Notes: a model not told the origin generated them from the letters alone. A stretch of 64,000 nucleotides of DNA from Bradymonadia bacterium (GCA_046290225.1 JBKAGE010000035.1:384001-448000), one strand, 5' to 3'. Counted from the first letter of the stretch, positions 13,041 to 23,063 are shown. Program-made: numbers and translations.

Positions 13041-14432
13041 GTGCGTCAGGTCTGGGAATCCGCTCTCTCCTCGATCCGATCTCGAGTCACTGCGGCCAAT
13101 TACACCACGTACTTCGAACCTCTCCGCTTGGTGAAGATCGAAGGTGGTCAGGCCCTGATTCAGGTCGAAGATCCATTCTTCGGTGACTGGGTCCGCGATC
13201 ACTACGCTGACCTTCTCGTCGATGCCCTAAGTGAAGCTTCAGGGCGTCCCGTCTCCGTAGAAATTGAGGTCAAAGAGTCAAATAAAGCTGCTGTTGGGTC
13301 CCCTCAGTCGGGCTCAGCAACAAAAGCACCTCACATTTCAAACAAAAACAGCACCAAATCGAACGCACGCAAGCGTGTCGAAGCGGTAGAGGACGACCGG
13401 ACAGCTCTTCCGGACTTCCCGCTGAACCCCCATTACACCTTCGATCAATTCGTCGTAGGTGACAGCAACCAGTTCGCCTATGCGGCGTGCGATGCCATCG
13501 CACAGCGACCCGCTCAGGCCTACAACCCGCTGTTCATCTATGGCGACACCGGTCTGGGCAAGACTCACTTGCTCCATGCCATCGCCCACGAGATGCGTGC
13601 GCGACATCAAGGTGTTCGGGTGGCTTACTTGAGCGCTGAGGAATTCACCAATCAGGTGATCAACGCCATCTCGACGCAGAGCATGGATCGTTTCCGTGCA
13701 GCTTTCCGCATGAAGTGCGATGTGCTGCTCGTCGACGACATCCACGTACTGTCGGGTAAGGAGCGTACTCAAGAAGAGTTCTTCCACACGTTCAACGCGC
13801 TCCACGCCGCTCAGAAGCAGATTGTGCTCACCAGCGACAAGACGCCCCAGGAGATCCACGGCTTGGAGAACCGACTCCGGTCACGGTTCCAGTGGGGTCT
13901 CATCGCTGACATCAAGCCCCCTGCACTGGAGACCCGTGTGGCCATCCTGCGTGCAAAGGCTGCCCGGAACGGCATCGAGCTGCCCGACGACGTGTCGATG
14001 TTCCTCGCCGAGCACATCCGCAACAACGTGCGAGAGCTCGAAGGCGCCCTGATTCGTCTCGCAGCGTATTGCAGCCTGTCGCGCAAGACGCTGACGTTGC
14101 CTGTGGCTCAAGAAGCACTGCGCAACTTGATCGACACCCGGGCGCGAGCCATCAGCATCGAAGCGATTCAGCGTCTGGTCGCCGATCACTTCGACGTGAA
14201 GATCTCCGATCTGAAGGGTCACCGGCGTCACAAGGCCGTGGCGCACCCACGAAGCGTGGCCATGTACCTCTGCCGGAAGCACACCCAGTGCTCCTACCCG
14301 CAAATCGGTGCCCGGTTCGGTGGTAAGGATCACAGCACGGTCATCGCCGCCTTCCGCAAGGTCGAACGCAACCTGAAGACCGACATGGGCCTCCGCGCCG
14401 AGGTCGAGGCCATCGAGCGCCGCATGCCCTGA
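13041..14432 (+). CDS. dnaA: Chromosomal replication initiator DnaA
   Basis: LNPHYTFDQFVVG, YNPLFIYGDTGLGKTHL, QEEFFHTFNAL, NVRELEGAL, FGGKDHSTV. Confidence 0.99.
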   Translation: MRQVWESALSSIRSRVTAANYTTYFEPLRLVKIEGGQALIQVEDPFFGDWVRDHYADLLVDALSEASGRPVSVEIEVKESNKAAVGSPQSGSATKAPHISNKNSTKSNARKRVEAVEDDRTALPDFPLNPHYTFDQFVVGDSNQFAYAACDAIAQRPAQAYNPLFIYGDTGLGKTHLLHAIAHEMRARHQGVRVAYLSAEEFTNQVINAISTQSMDRFRAAFRMKCDVLLVDDIHVLSGKERTQEEFFHTFNALHAAQKQIVLTSDKTPQEIHGLENRLRSRFQWGLIADIKPPALETRVAILRAKAARNGIELPDDVSMFLAEHIRNNVRELEGALIRLAAYCSLSRKTLTLPVAQEALRNLIDTRARAISIEAIQRLVADHFDVKISDLKGHRRHKAVAHPRSVAMYLCRKHTQCSYPQIGARFGGKDHSTVIAAFRKVERNLKTDMGLRAEVEAIERRMP

Positions 14433-14460
14433 AGCTGATCTCTTCAGCTTCAACCCCAAC

Positions 14461-14491
14461 AAGGCCCCTGCTCCAAGGGGCCTTTTGTTTT
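14461..14491 (+). terminator. Rho-independent terminator after dnaA
   Basis: AAGGCCCCT-gctcca-AGGGGCCTT stem-loop followed by TTGTTTT. Confidence 0.8.
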
Positions 14492-14567
14492 CCGTGCACC
14501 TCGGAGGCAGGCTCACCTCAGTCTGGGCCACTTCTTCGCATGAATCGAGATGTCTGTACGCCCCGGC

Positions 14568-15434
14568 TCAACGTTCGACACCTGCCGAACGGGAGGCCAG
14601 TTGCCACTGCTTGGGCGTCACCCCATGATGTCGAGCGAAGGCCTGAACAAAATGGGAGAGGTTCCCGAACCCACACTCGGCACATGCATCCGTGACCGAG
14701 ATGTCGGATCCTTGCAGCAAGTCTGCGGCGAGGCCGAGACGACGCGTTCTCAACCAACGACCCGGTGAGATGCCATAGCTCGCCCGAAAGTCCCGCTTGA
14801 ACTTCGACAAGCTCCGCCCACTCAGCGCGGCGAACTCTTCGAGACCAAGTGGCGATCTGAAGTGCCTCTCCATCGTCTCTCGCAGACGCCCCTCGTGCTC
14901 TACGCCGAATCGAACGCCGTCCACCAGAATGCGACATCCTCGGACCGACTCGTGGATCAGCCGCAACACGATCTCTTCGAGCCTGAGTTTGACGATCCGC
15001 CGGCCGAGAGATCCCTCGACAGCCTCCGAGACATCACGCACCAGCGTCTGAATTGATGGCAGGGGATCCACGAGACAACCTTCCGTCCACGCCTCGCTGT
15101 TGTAGCTGGAGGCAGGGATGGTGCGCACCAGGTAGTCCGCGTCGAAGGCGATGACGGTGCTTTCGTATGCACCGTGCTCCGGGATCACTTCGGACATGTA
15201 CCGAAAGCCCACGGGCAGGAGCACCACCTCACCTGCCTGTACCACCTGGATCGGCTCACCTGGCACGCGCAGCTGCTTGATGCCTCTACGCACGTACACG
15301 AGGGTGGGGTGGGCGACCAGGACTGGCAGATCAGCCACGCCCTCCAGGTTGCGATACGCCACCACCCAGGCAGCGCGACTTCGCAGCACCGACCCACGGC
15401 CTCCGTCTTGTAAATCCCTCGGGATGGTCAACAT
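14568..15434 (-). CDS. AraC/XylS-family transcriptional regulator (N-terminal cupin-like domain)
   Basis: LEEFAALSGRSLSKFKRDF...SPGRWL...SVTDACAECGFGNLSHFVQAFARHHGVTPKQW. Confidence 0.92.
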   Translation of the reverse strand: MLTIPRDLQDGGRGSVLRSRAAWVVAYRNLEGVADLPVLVAHPTLVYVRRGIKQLRVPGEPIQVVQAGEVVLLPVGFRYMSEVIPEHGAYESTVIAFDADYLVRTIPASSYNSEAWTEGCLVDPLPSIQTLVRDVSEAVEGSLGRRIVKLRLEEIVLRLIHESVRGCRILVDGVRFGVEHEGRLRETMERHFRSPLGLEEFAALSGRSLSKFKRDFRASYGISPGRWLRTRRLGLAADLLQGSDISVTDACAECGFGNLSHFVQAFARHHGVTPKQWQLASRSAGVER

Positions 15435-15807
15435 GTGTGCTCGATCTGGTAGTGTGCTGGTGATCCCGCCCTCACTGTAGCCGCACTCGACGCTTGAATC
15501 TGCGTCCCACAGTCCAATTTTTGTTGAAATCGGGCCAACTCAATTCGTGCCCGAGCACCTCTTCTGGCCTGGCTCAGAAAGTCGTTCGCTGACCTTCGAG
15601 CCCCACCTGGAGGGATCCTCAACCCCAGCCAGACCCAGGGTCATGCATCAGGAGGTCCATGAAGGGGCCTTCATCGGTCGTTTCCGTGCGAGGCCACCCC
15701 ATGGGCAGGGTGGGACGAAAACGGTCGTGAGCTGCACGGACAGAGATTTCGGCCGAACTCCATGCTCGAGCCTTATCCGACATCAACCGACAAACCGACG
15801 TTCCAGC

Positions 15808-16160
15808 TGATCCACACGCTCTCGGTGGGGTGCGCTGACCCCAGAGCGCATTCGACACCGTTGAGCTCCGTATTACCGATTCGTTAATGGCCACATCTGG
15901 TGCCTACACATCGGTGGGATCTGCGGATCCGTGATCCACAGCGATCAGTGGGTGCCTCTGGGGGAAACTTGTGGATAAACTGTGGTCGAAATGTGGACAA
16001 AAATGAAGGAGAAGATATCCCCATGTTGTCCACAGAGGTTATCGACGGATCCTGTTGAGAAAAACGATCATAAAAATCGTAGGCTTGCCTAGTTTATCCA
16101 CAAATCCACAGCGCCTACTGTTATTACGATCTCCACATAAGATCTGATCGATCCTGTACA
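15808..16160. other. Chromosomal replication origin (oriC)
   Basis: Perfect DnaA boxes at 15970-15978 (TGTGGATAA) and 16094-16102 (TTATCCACA). Near-matches at 15808, 15932, 15992, 16026 and 16102. Followed by GCGCC and trio-like CTACTGTTATTACGA; A/T-richer than flanks; directly upstream of dnaN. Confidence 0.92.
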
Positions 16161-16205
16161 AAGAAGCGGAAAGTATCGCTGGAACATCCGTGGAGCGGAG
16201 AGCCG

Positions 16206-17324
16206 ATGAAACTGTTTGTCAGCAGGGAGCGCCTCACTCGTGGCCTGGCCCGGATCCAAGGGGTCCTGAGCCGGAAGGCCACCCTGCCAATCTTGTCGAA
16301 CGTCCTGCTGGAAGCCCGAGCTGATGGCGCTTTGCGCATCGCAGCCACCGATCTCGACGTGACCTTCGATGGTCAGATCGAGGCCCGTGTGGAAGAGGCG
16401 GGCCGCATCACCGTCGATGGGAAGAAGATCTACGACATCTGCCGAAACCTGCCTGGTGAGGAGGTGAGCCTCTCGGTCGATGATCAACAGCGCATTCAGC
16501 TGAAGTGCCGCACTTCGGATTTCGTGCTCAACGGATTGTCGGCGACGGATTACCCCTCGCTGCCCGATGGCGAGGGTCTGAATCTGGTGCCTGTCGATGG
16601 AGAGGCCCTTAAGGAGCTCATCGAGCGCACGTCGTTCTCGGTGGCCACCGACGAGTCACGGCCCAACCTCACCGGCATCTACTTCCACTGCATTTCGGGC
16701 AACCGGATGCGCCTGGTCTCGACCGATGGTCATCGCTTGAGCAAGGGTGAGCGGGTCACCAGTCGAGATGACGTGGAGATCCCCGAGCGGGATGGTGTGA
16801 TCGTGCCCCGGAAGGGCGTCACCGAGATCAAGCGTATGCTCGATGAGGCCGGCGCCGAGGTTCAGTTCGGATTCCTGGACAACAATTTCGTCCTGGAGAC
16901 GCCTGAGGTTCGCCTCTTCGTTCGCTTGATCGACGCAGCCTTCCCAGATTACCAGCAGGTGATCCCGAAGAGCACCGAGCGCGAGGTTGTGCTCGATCGT
17001 CTCACGTTCCTGCAATCGCTCAAGCGCATCGCGATCCTCGCGAGCGAGCGTACGCACGGGGTGAAGATCGAGCTGTCGGAAGGGCAGATGACCCTCGGCT
17101 CCGACAACCCCGATCTCGGACGCGCCCGTGAAGATATGACGCCGGAGAGCTACAACGGCTCTGATCTGACGATCGCCTTCAACTCTCGCTACCTGATCGA
17201 CATCTTGTCGAACCTGAAGGCGGAGAAGGTGGCGATGCACCTGAACGAGGCGCTCTCACCGGGCATCATCCGCGAGCACGAGAACGATGATTATCTCTTC
17301 GTGGTCATGCCGATGCGCCTCTGA
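16206..17324 (+). CDS. dnaN: DNA polymerase III beta sliding clamp
   Basis: TLPILSNVLL, ATDLD, VSTDGHRL, RLIDAAFPDYQQVIP, AFNSRYLID, VVMPMRL. Confidence 0.99.
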   Translation: MKLFVSRERLTRGLARIQGVLSRKATLPILSNVLLEARADGALRIAATDLDVTFDGQIEARVEEAGRITVDGKKIYDICRNLPGEEVSLSVDDQQRIQLKCRTSDFVLNGLSATDYPSLPDGEGLNLVPVDGEALKELIERTSFSVATDESRPNLTGIYFHCISGNRMRLVSTDGHRLSKGERVTSRDDVEIPERDGVIVPRKGVTEIKRMLDEAGAEVQFGFLDNNFVLETPEVRLFVRLIDAAFPDYQQVIPKSTEREVVLDRLTFLQSLKRIAILASERTHGVKIELSEGQMTLGSDNPDLGRAREDMTPESYNGSDLTIAFNSRYLIDILSNLKAEKVAMHLNEALSPGIIREHENDDYLFVVMPMRL

Positions 17325-17333
17325 GGCGATGCT

Positions 17334-18437
17334 GTGCACCTGACCCGCATTACCCTCCAAGATTTCCGCAATCTCTCCCAGGTCGAGCTGCAAGCCCACG
17401 AGCGCTTCAACGTGCTGGTGGGCGAGAACGGCCAGGGGAAGACCAATCTACTCGAAGCCATTTACTGGTTGGCGACGCTACGCCCACTTCGGGCCAACCG
17501 CCTAGTGGAGCTGATCCGCTGGGGTTCGGATCTGGCCCGTGTGAGAGGTTTCGTCGACGTGGATGGTCTCGAGCACAGCCTCGAGGTGCGCTGTAATCGC
17601 GGCGAGCGTACGGCACTGCGAGAGGGCAAGAAATGCGGTCACTCTGATTTCTTCGGGGTGCTCTCGGTGGTCCTCTTCACCCCTGAGGATGTCGGTCTCG
17701 TACGTGGCAGCCCGGGGGATCGGCGCAAGTTCCTGGATCGTGCGATCTTCACGGGTCGATCGGCATATCTCAGCGAGGTGCAGGGTTATCGTCGTGCACT
17801 GGCTGGGCGAAATGCCCTGCTTCGTCAAGAGGCTGAAGATTATGCCCTCGAGGCGTACGAGATGACCCTGGCACGTCATGGTGCGAAGCTGATGGCTGCA
17901 CGTCGTGCCTATGTGTCTGATCTTTCACCTTTATTCGAAGAAGCCTTTGTTGCGATTGCTGGGGCGGGCCTGAAGTCGAAGATCAAATACCGCCCAAGTG
18001 TTTCTGCTCAATCTGAAGACGATGAGTCTGCTCTGCTGAAGCTCTGGCAAGGCGAGCGCGAGAAGGATCGACAACGTGGTCACACGTTGCACGGACCTCA
18101 CTCTGATGATCTCGCCATCGAGCTGACCGGGCGCTCTGCCCGAGCGTATGCGAGCCAGGGGCAACAAAGAGCCATTGTGCTCGCGTTGAAGATCGCAGAG
18201 ATCAGGTTGCTCACCGCTCTGAGAGGGGTGACCCCGGTGCTCTTGCTCGATGATGTGTCGAGTGAGTTGGATCCACAACGCAATGCCCGACTGTTCGAGT
18301 TCCTCAATGCGTTCGAAGGTCAGGTGTTCATCACCACTACGGATCCGTCTTTCTTGAAGCTCGATGCCGAGCACCGCCAGTTCAATGTTCATGAGGGGGC
18401 GATCGAAGTCGATCGTCCTGATCATCAGGAGTCCTGA
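17334..18437 (+). CDS. recF: DNA replication/repair protein RecF
   Basis: GENGQGKTNLLEAI, RRKFLD, GPHSDD, ASQGQQR, LLLDDVSSELD. Confidence 0.98.
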   Translation: MHLTRITLQDFRNLSQVELQAHERFNVLVGENGQGKTNLLEAIYWLATLRPLRANRLVELIRWGSDLARVRGFVDVDGLEHSLEVRCNRGERTALREGKKCGHSDFFGVLSVVLFTPEDVGLVRGSPGDRRKFLDRAIFTGRSAYLSEVQGYRRALAGRNALLRQEAEDYALEAYEMTLARHGAKLMAARRAYVSDLSPLFEEAFVAIAGAGLKSKIKYRPSVSAQSEDDESALLKLWQGEREKDRQRGHTLHGPHSDDLAIELTGRSARAYASQGQQRAIVLALKIAEIRLLTALRGVTPVLLLDDVSSELDPQRNARLFEFLNAFEGQVFITTTDPSFLKLDAEHRQFNVHEGAIEVDRPDHQES

Positions 18438-18439
18438 TC

Positions 18440-19723
18440 GTGGAGAAGTTCGTCATTGAAGGTCGCCATCGCCTGAACGGCACTGTGCGTCCGAACGGCA
18501 GCAAGAACGAGGCATTGCCTGTTCTGGCGGCAACGCTGCTCACTGAAGAGCCGATGATTCTGGAGAACGTGCCCCGCATCGTCGACGTCGAGGTGATGTG
18601 CGATGTGCTCCGAGCCCTGGGCGCTCAGGTAGAATGGCAGGCTGACAACCGCCTCTACATTTGTACGAAGGGGGTTTCGGACGATGCCCTCGATCCTGAT
18701 CTCTGCCGCCGCGTACGGGCGTCGATTCTGTTCGCCGGGCCCATGGTGGCCCGCCGCGGCCACGTCGTTCTGCCTCCACCTGGTGGTGACGTGATCGGCC
18801 GCCGCCGAGTGGACACACACCTGCAGGTGCTGGAGGCCATGGGTGTGCAGACGCGTGTGGACCAGAACTACGAGTTTCGGGCGGATCGCTTGCAGGGCGC
18901 TGACATCTTCCTCGACGAAGCGTCAGTGACGGCCACGGAGAACGCCATCATGGCGGCTTCGTTGGCCCATGGCACGACGATCCTGCGCAACGCTGCTTCC
19001 GAGCCGCATGTGTGCGGGCTTGCACGTATGTTGAACAACATGGGCGCTCACATCGAAGGCATCGGTACGAACACCCTGACGATCCACGGTGTGCCTCATC
19101 TGAAGGGTACGACCCACACGATCGACAGCGATTATCTCGAGATCGGCAGCCTCATCGGCCTCGCAGCGGTGACGAACTCCGATTTGGTCATCGAGCACAT
19201 TCGTCCTGAGAGCCTGCGCATGATCCTGACGGTGTTCGGGCGCTTGGGCATCGAAGTTCAAATCGAAGGCAACCGCCTGCGTGTGCCGCCGAACCAGTCT
19301 CTCGAGGTGCGCCGTGATGTGCACAACCACGTGCCCCGGGTCGACGATGCACCCTGGCCGGCGTTCCCCACTGACTTGATGAGCATCGCGATCACCGTGG
19401 CCACGCAGTGCAAGGGCACGGTGCTCTTCTTCGAAAAGATGTTCGAGGGCCGCATGTTCTTTGTGGATCACCTTCAGAACATGGGTGCGCAAATCATCTT
19501 GTGTGATCCCCACCGAGTGGTGGTGGTCGGCCCGACACCACTCCATGGTGGTCGTGTCGAGAGCCCCGACGTACGCGCGGGTATGGCCATGCTGATTGCG
19601 GGGCTGTGCGCTGAAGGTAAGACGACGATCTACAACGTGCGGCAGATCGATCGCGGTTACGAGCGCATCGACGAGAAGCTCCGGGCGTTGGGCGCGAAGA
19701 TTGAGCGCCTGCCCGTAGAGTAG
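18440..19723 (+). CDS. murA: UDP-N-acetylglucosamine 1-carboxyvinyltransferase, Asp-type active-site loop
   Basis: GSKNEALP, RASIL, PGGDVIGRRRVDTH, SVTATEN, PWPAFPTD, DVRAG, IDRGYE. Confidence 0.96.
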   Translation: MEKFVIEGRHRLNGTVRPNGSKNEALPVLAATLLTEEPMILENVPRIVDVEVMCDVLRALGAQVEWQADNRLYICTKGVSDDALDPDLCRRVRASILFAGPMVARRGHVVLPPPGGDVIGRRRVDTHLQVLEAMGVQTRVDQNYEFRADRLQGADIFLDEASVTATENAIMAASLAHGTTILRNAASEPHVCGLARMLNNMGAHIEGIGTNTLTIHGVPHLKGTTHTIDSDYLEIGSLIGLAAVTNSDLVIEHIRPESLRMILTVFGRLGIEVQIEGNRLRVPPNQSLEVRRDVHNHVPRVDDAPWPAFPTDLMSIAITVATQCKGTVLFFEKMFEGRMFFVDHLQNMGAQIILCDPHRVVVVGPTPLHGGRVESPDVRAGMAMLIAGLCAEGKTTIYNVRQIDRGYERIDEKLRALGAKIERLPVE

Positions 19724-19732
19724 CCTGCCTGA

Positions 19733-20908
19733 TTACTGGTTGAGACCTGCCGCGGCCCGCAACTCAGGGGCCTTGTCGATCTGCTCCCACCGGAAACCCA
19801 TGTCTTCCCGACCGAAGTGGCCGTAAGCGGCGGTGCCTCGGTAGATGGGCTTGAGCAACTCAAGGTGCTCGATGATGCCCCGAGGCTTGAGGGGGAAGTG
19901 CTCCCGCACGAGGGCGGCGATGCGATCTTCGTCGATCTTGTGGGTACCGAAGGTCTCGACGTTGATGCTCACAGGATCGGCAACACCGATGGCGTAGGCG
20001 AGCTGGACCTCGGCGCGATCGGCGAGGCCGGCGGCGACGACGTTCTTGGCGATGTAGCGGGCCATGTAGGCGGCGCTGCGGTCGACCTTGGAGGGATCCT
20101 TACCGCTGAAGGCACCACCACCGTGACGGCCCATGCCACCGTAGGTGTCGACGATGATCTTGCGGCCGGTGAGGCCAGCATCACCCATGGGGCCGCCGAT
20201 GACGAACCGGCCCGTGGGGTTGATGTAGTACTGGGTGTCAGCGTCTACGAAGGCCTGAGGCAGCACATGGTCGATGACCTCGGTGCGAATGCCGGTGCGC
20301 AGAGTCTCATTGTCGACCTCTTCGTCATGCTGCGAGGAGACGACCACAGTGGAGATCCGGGTAGGCTTGCCGTTCTGGTACTCGACAGAGACCTGAGCCT
20401 TACCGTCGGGACGCAGGAAGGGGAGGGTGCCGTCCTTGCGGACCTTGGCGAGACGCGCCGTCAGCTTGTGGGACAGCGAGATCGGCAGAGGCATGAGCTC
20501 AGGGGTCTCATTGCAGGCAAAGCCGAACATGAGGCCCTGATCACCAGCGCCCTGCTCCTGGAAGTCACCTTCACCCTCGTTGACGCCCATGGCGATGTCG
20601 GGGCTCTGCTGGTCGAGGGCGACGAGCACCGAGCAGGTGCTGGCGTCGAAGCCCATGTCGGAGCTGGTGTAGCCGATCTCTCGGACAGTGTTCCGAATGA
20701 TGGACTGGTAATCGATCACAGCTTTGCTGGTGATCTCACCGGCAATGCAGATGAATCCGGTGCTGACCATGGTCTCACAGGCCACCCGGCTGGTGGGGTC
20801 CTGCTCGAGCATTGCGTCGAGGATCGAGTCTGAGATCGCGTCAGCGATTTTATCGGGATGACCTTCGGTCACCGACTCGGAAGTGAACAGAAATTTCTCA
20901 GTTGCCAT
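19733..20908 (-). CDS. metK: S-adenosylmethionine synthetase
   Basis: Start ATG 20908. [46 protein letters not shown]. Confidence 0.99.
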   Translation of the reverse strand: MATEKFLFTSESVTEGHPDKIADAISDSILDAMLEQDPTSRVACETMVSTGFICIAGEITSKAVIDYQSIIRNTVREIGYTSSDMGFDASTCSVLVALDQQSPDIAMGVNEGEGDFQEQGAGDQGLMFGFACNETPELMPLPISLSHKLTARLAKVRKDGTLPFLRPDGKAQVSVEYQNGKPTRISTVVVSSQHDEEVDNETLRTGIRTEVIDHVLPQAFVDADTQYYINPTGRFVIGGPMGDAGLTGRKIIVDTYGGMGRHGGGAFSGKDPSKVDRSAAYMARYIAKNVVAAGLADRAEVQLAYAIGVADPVSINVETFGTHKIDEDRIAALVREHFPLKPRGIIEHLELLKPIYRGTAAYGHFGREDMGFRWEQIDKAPELRAAAGLNQ

Positions 20909-20959
20909 GCTTCGTCGTACCTCCATCAAAAACAGGCGGAGAGGCAATAAAATCGGTGC

Positions 20960-20988
20960 ATTCTCCTGGTGACGTGAGTCGGTGTCAA
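20960..20988 (-). promoter_or_regulatory. Putative sigma70 promoter of metK
   Basis: Minus strand reads TTGACA-N17-GAGAAT, about 50 bp upstream of the ATG. Confidence 0.5.
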
Positions 20989-21516
20989 TCACAGAAAAAA
21001 CTCACGCAAGATCACGAAGATCGAAGCGGTAATGAGCCCACCGAGCAAGATGCCGATGATCAGGTGGTAACTTCTGGTCCGGGTTTGGACTTGTTTGGGA
21101 AATGTGATCTGATAGAGCCAGTCATTGTCAGCATCAAGAAGCAGCAAGCCATCCACTGGAAAATGAAGGCTGTATTCGAGCATCTGACGACGTGTGAGGG
21201 TATTTTTGGGTGATGCGCTCTTGCGTGTCTTCACTTCGACCAGATAAAGCTCGCCATCTCTCGATACGATCATGTCGGCTTCGAGCCGTACTTGATGAGG
21301 CTCTTCGTCAACCCAGAGTGTGTAGAACGTCTCGGGGTGGATCGCTTCGATGGTGTACCCCCGACGCCTCATCAGCTCAGGGGCTTTCTTCTCCTGGTTT
21401 CGACCATGCGCTCTGACTTTGGTGAGTTGCCGGCGACGCCACTTATTGGCGATGCTCGCGCCCATCCAGGTAAAGCCGATGGCCGCTGCGAGCCCGAGGA
21501 TGATGTAGATGCCCAT
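20989..21516 (-). CDS. Membrane-anchored PD-(D/E)XK nuclease-fold protein (YraN/Hjc-like motif)
   Basis: [14 protein letters not shown]...[20 protein letters not shown], with hydrophobic segments at both termini. Confidence 0.65.
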   Translation of the reverse strand: MGIYIILGLAAAIGFTWMGASIANKWRRRQLTKVRAHGRNQEKKAPELMRRRGYTIEAIHPETFYTLWVDEEPHQVRLEADMIVSRDGELYLVEVKTRKSASPKNTLTRRQMLEYSLHFPVDGLLLLDADNDWLYQITFPKQVQTRTRSYHLIIGILLGGLITASIFVILREFFL

Positions 21517-21546
21517 GGGTCGGGATTGTATGTCACACTTCAGCCG

Positions 21547-23046
21547 ATGAGCACTGAGACGCCCACTTCAAAGTTCGATCATGGCCTGTGCGCCCGGTGC
21601 GGGGCCGAGACGCCCACCGATGCCTCGGAGTGCGCGGCATGTGGTGCTTCGCCACTGCTTCATGATCGCTTCCGTTTGATCGAGATTGTGGGGCAGGGCG
21701 CTGCTGGGGTGACCTATCGAGCGCTCGACCAGGAGACCGGGGACACAGTCGCCGTGAAGGAGATGCCGCTCCGACACACTCAGGCTGAATCTGTAGGTGC
21801 CCGTATGGAGCGAGAGGCTCGGGTGATCCGCGAGCTTTCTCATGGGTGCATCCCTGCCTACGTAGCGCATTTCGTCACTGGCTCGGGTAAGCACCGCGCG
21901 TTTTATCTCGTGCAGGCCTTCATCGAGGGTGCCACGCTGGCCCAGGAAATGGAGGCTCATCGCTATACCGAAACCGAGGTGTTGGAGATCGCTGATGAGG
22001 TGCTGGAGATCCTCGAGCACCTGCACAGTCTCGCGCCGCCAGTGATTCATCGTGATCTCAAGCCTGGCAATTTGATCAGGCGTCGCTCGGATAAACGCCT
22101 GGTCCTGATCGACTTCGGGGCGGTGCGAGATGTGCTCAAAGATCCTCGCTTGGGTGGCAGTACAGTCGCTGGAACGTACGGATTCATGGCACCTGAGCAG
22201 TTCCGTGGAATCGCTGAGCCTCGCACGGACTTGTACGCTGTAGGGGTCTTGATGGTGGTGCTCTTGAGCCGCCGCGATCCTCTCGATCTCGTGGGCCCTG
22301 ATCACCTGCTCAGCTGGACGCCGCATGTCCACGCTTCTCAGTCTGTGAAGTCGCTGATCTCGGCGTTGTTGTCGCCAAAGGTGGAAGACCGCCCTGAGTC
22401 TGCTGCTGAGACACGCAGTCGTCTTCAGCTCATCCTCAACGGAGAGCCTGAGCCGTCTGCACTGGTGGAGAAGCGCTCAGAGGCATTGACTCAGGTGCCT
22501 ATAACTCCACCCACGAAGAGACCACCTCAGATCATTGATCGAAATGCTCGCCGCCGCCTCAGGGCCAGAAGCAAATGGATGGCGGTGTTCCTGGCTTTGG
22601 TGGGATGTGTCTTCGGGATTCACAACTGGTATCTCGGCCGCATTGCTCGAGCCATCGGCAGCGTGCTGTTCTTCTGGACCACGGTGCCGTTCTGGATGTC
22701 GATTTATGACGTCTTTGCCCTGTCTTTCACATCTCAGGAAGCCTTCGACGAGACCTTCAACCCTGCACTGATCGAGCTCAGGCGTGGGGATGTGGGCTCC
22801 CTTGCGGAAGAGATCCGTGCGCTGCATCAACTCAAAGATGATGGGGTGATTTCGCAAGAAGAGTTCGATCAACTCAAGAGCCGTCTGCTCGGCAAACGCG
22901 AGGGGCTCATCAAGGTGTTGGGCTCAAGCGGAATCGATGGGCTGGAGAAGTTCGCCGAGGTGGTGGATCGAATCTTCGACGAGACGCCCAAGCGACTCAA
23001 GGATGAGCTCTCTCGTGCAGATCGACGTGGGCGCAAGCACGATTGA
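21547..23046 (+). CDS. Hanks-type Ser/Thr protein kinase with N-terminal zinc ribbon and C-terminal TM2-like and SHOCT-like domains
   Basis: Start ATG 21547. CARC..CAAC, GQGAAGVTY, VAVK, HRDLKPGN, DFG, GTYGFMAPE; GIHNWYLG..FFWT; LKDDGVISQEEFDQLKSRLL. Confidence 0.92.
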   Translation: MSTETPTSKFDHGLCARCGAETPTDASECAACGASPLLHDRFRLIEIVGQGAAGVTYRALDQETGDTVAVKEMPLRHTQAESVGARMEREARVIRELSHGCIPAYVAHFVTGSGKHRAFYLVQAFIEGATLAQEMEAHRYTETEVLEIADEVLEILEHLHSLAPPVIHRDLKPGNLIRRRSDKRLVLIDFGAVRDVLKDPRLGGSTVAGTYGFMAPEQFRGIAEPRTDLYAVGVLMVVLLSRRDPLDLVGPDHLLSWTPHVHASQSVKSLISALLSPKVEDRPESAAETRSRLQLILNGEPEPSALVEKRSEALTQVPITPPTKRPPQIIDRNARRRLRARSKWMAVFLALVGCVFGIHNWYLGRIARAIGSVLFFWTTVPFWMSIYDVFALSFTSQEAFDETFNPALIELRRGDVGSLAEEIRALHQLKDDGVISQEEFDQLKSRLLGKREGLIKVLGSSGIDGLEKFAEVVDRIFDETPKRLKDELSRADRRGRKHD

Positions 23047-23063
23047 GACACTGAGCAAGAGCT

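Noticed and set aside
15547..15894. Short ORFs between araC and oriC
   Set aside because: No convincing RBS or motif, and they overlap DnaA-box-like sites
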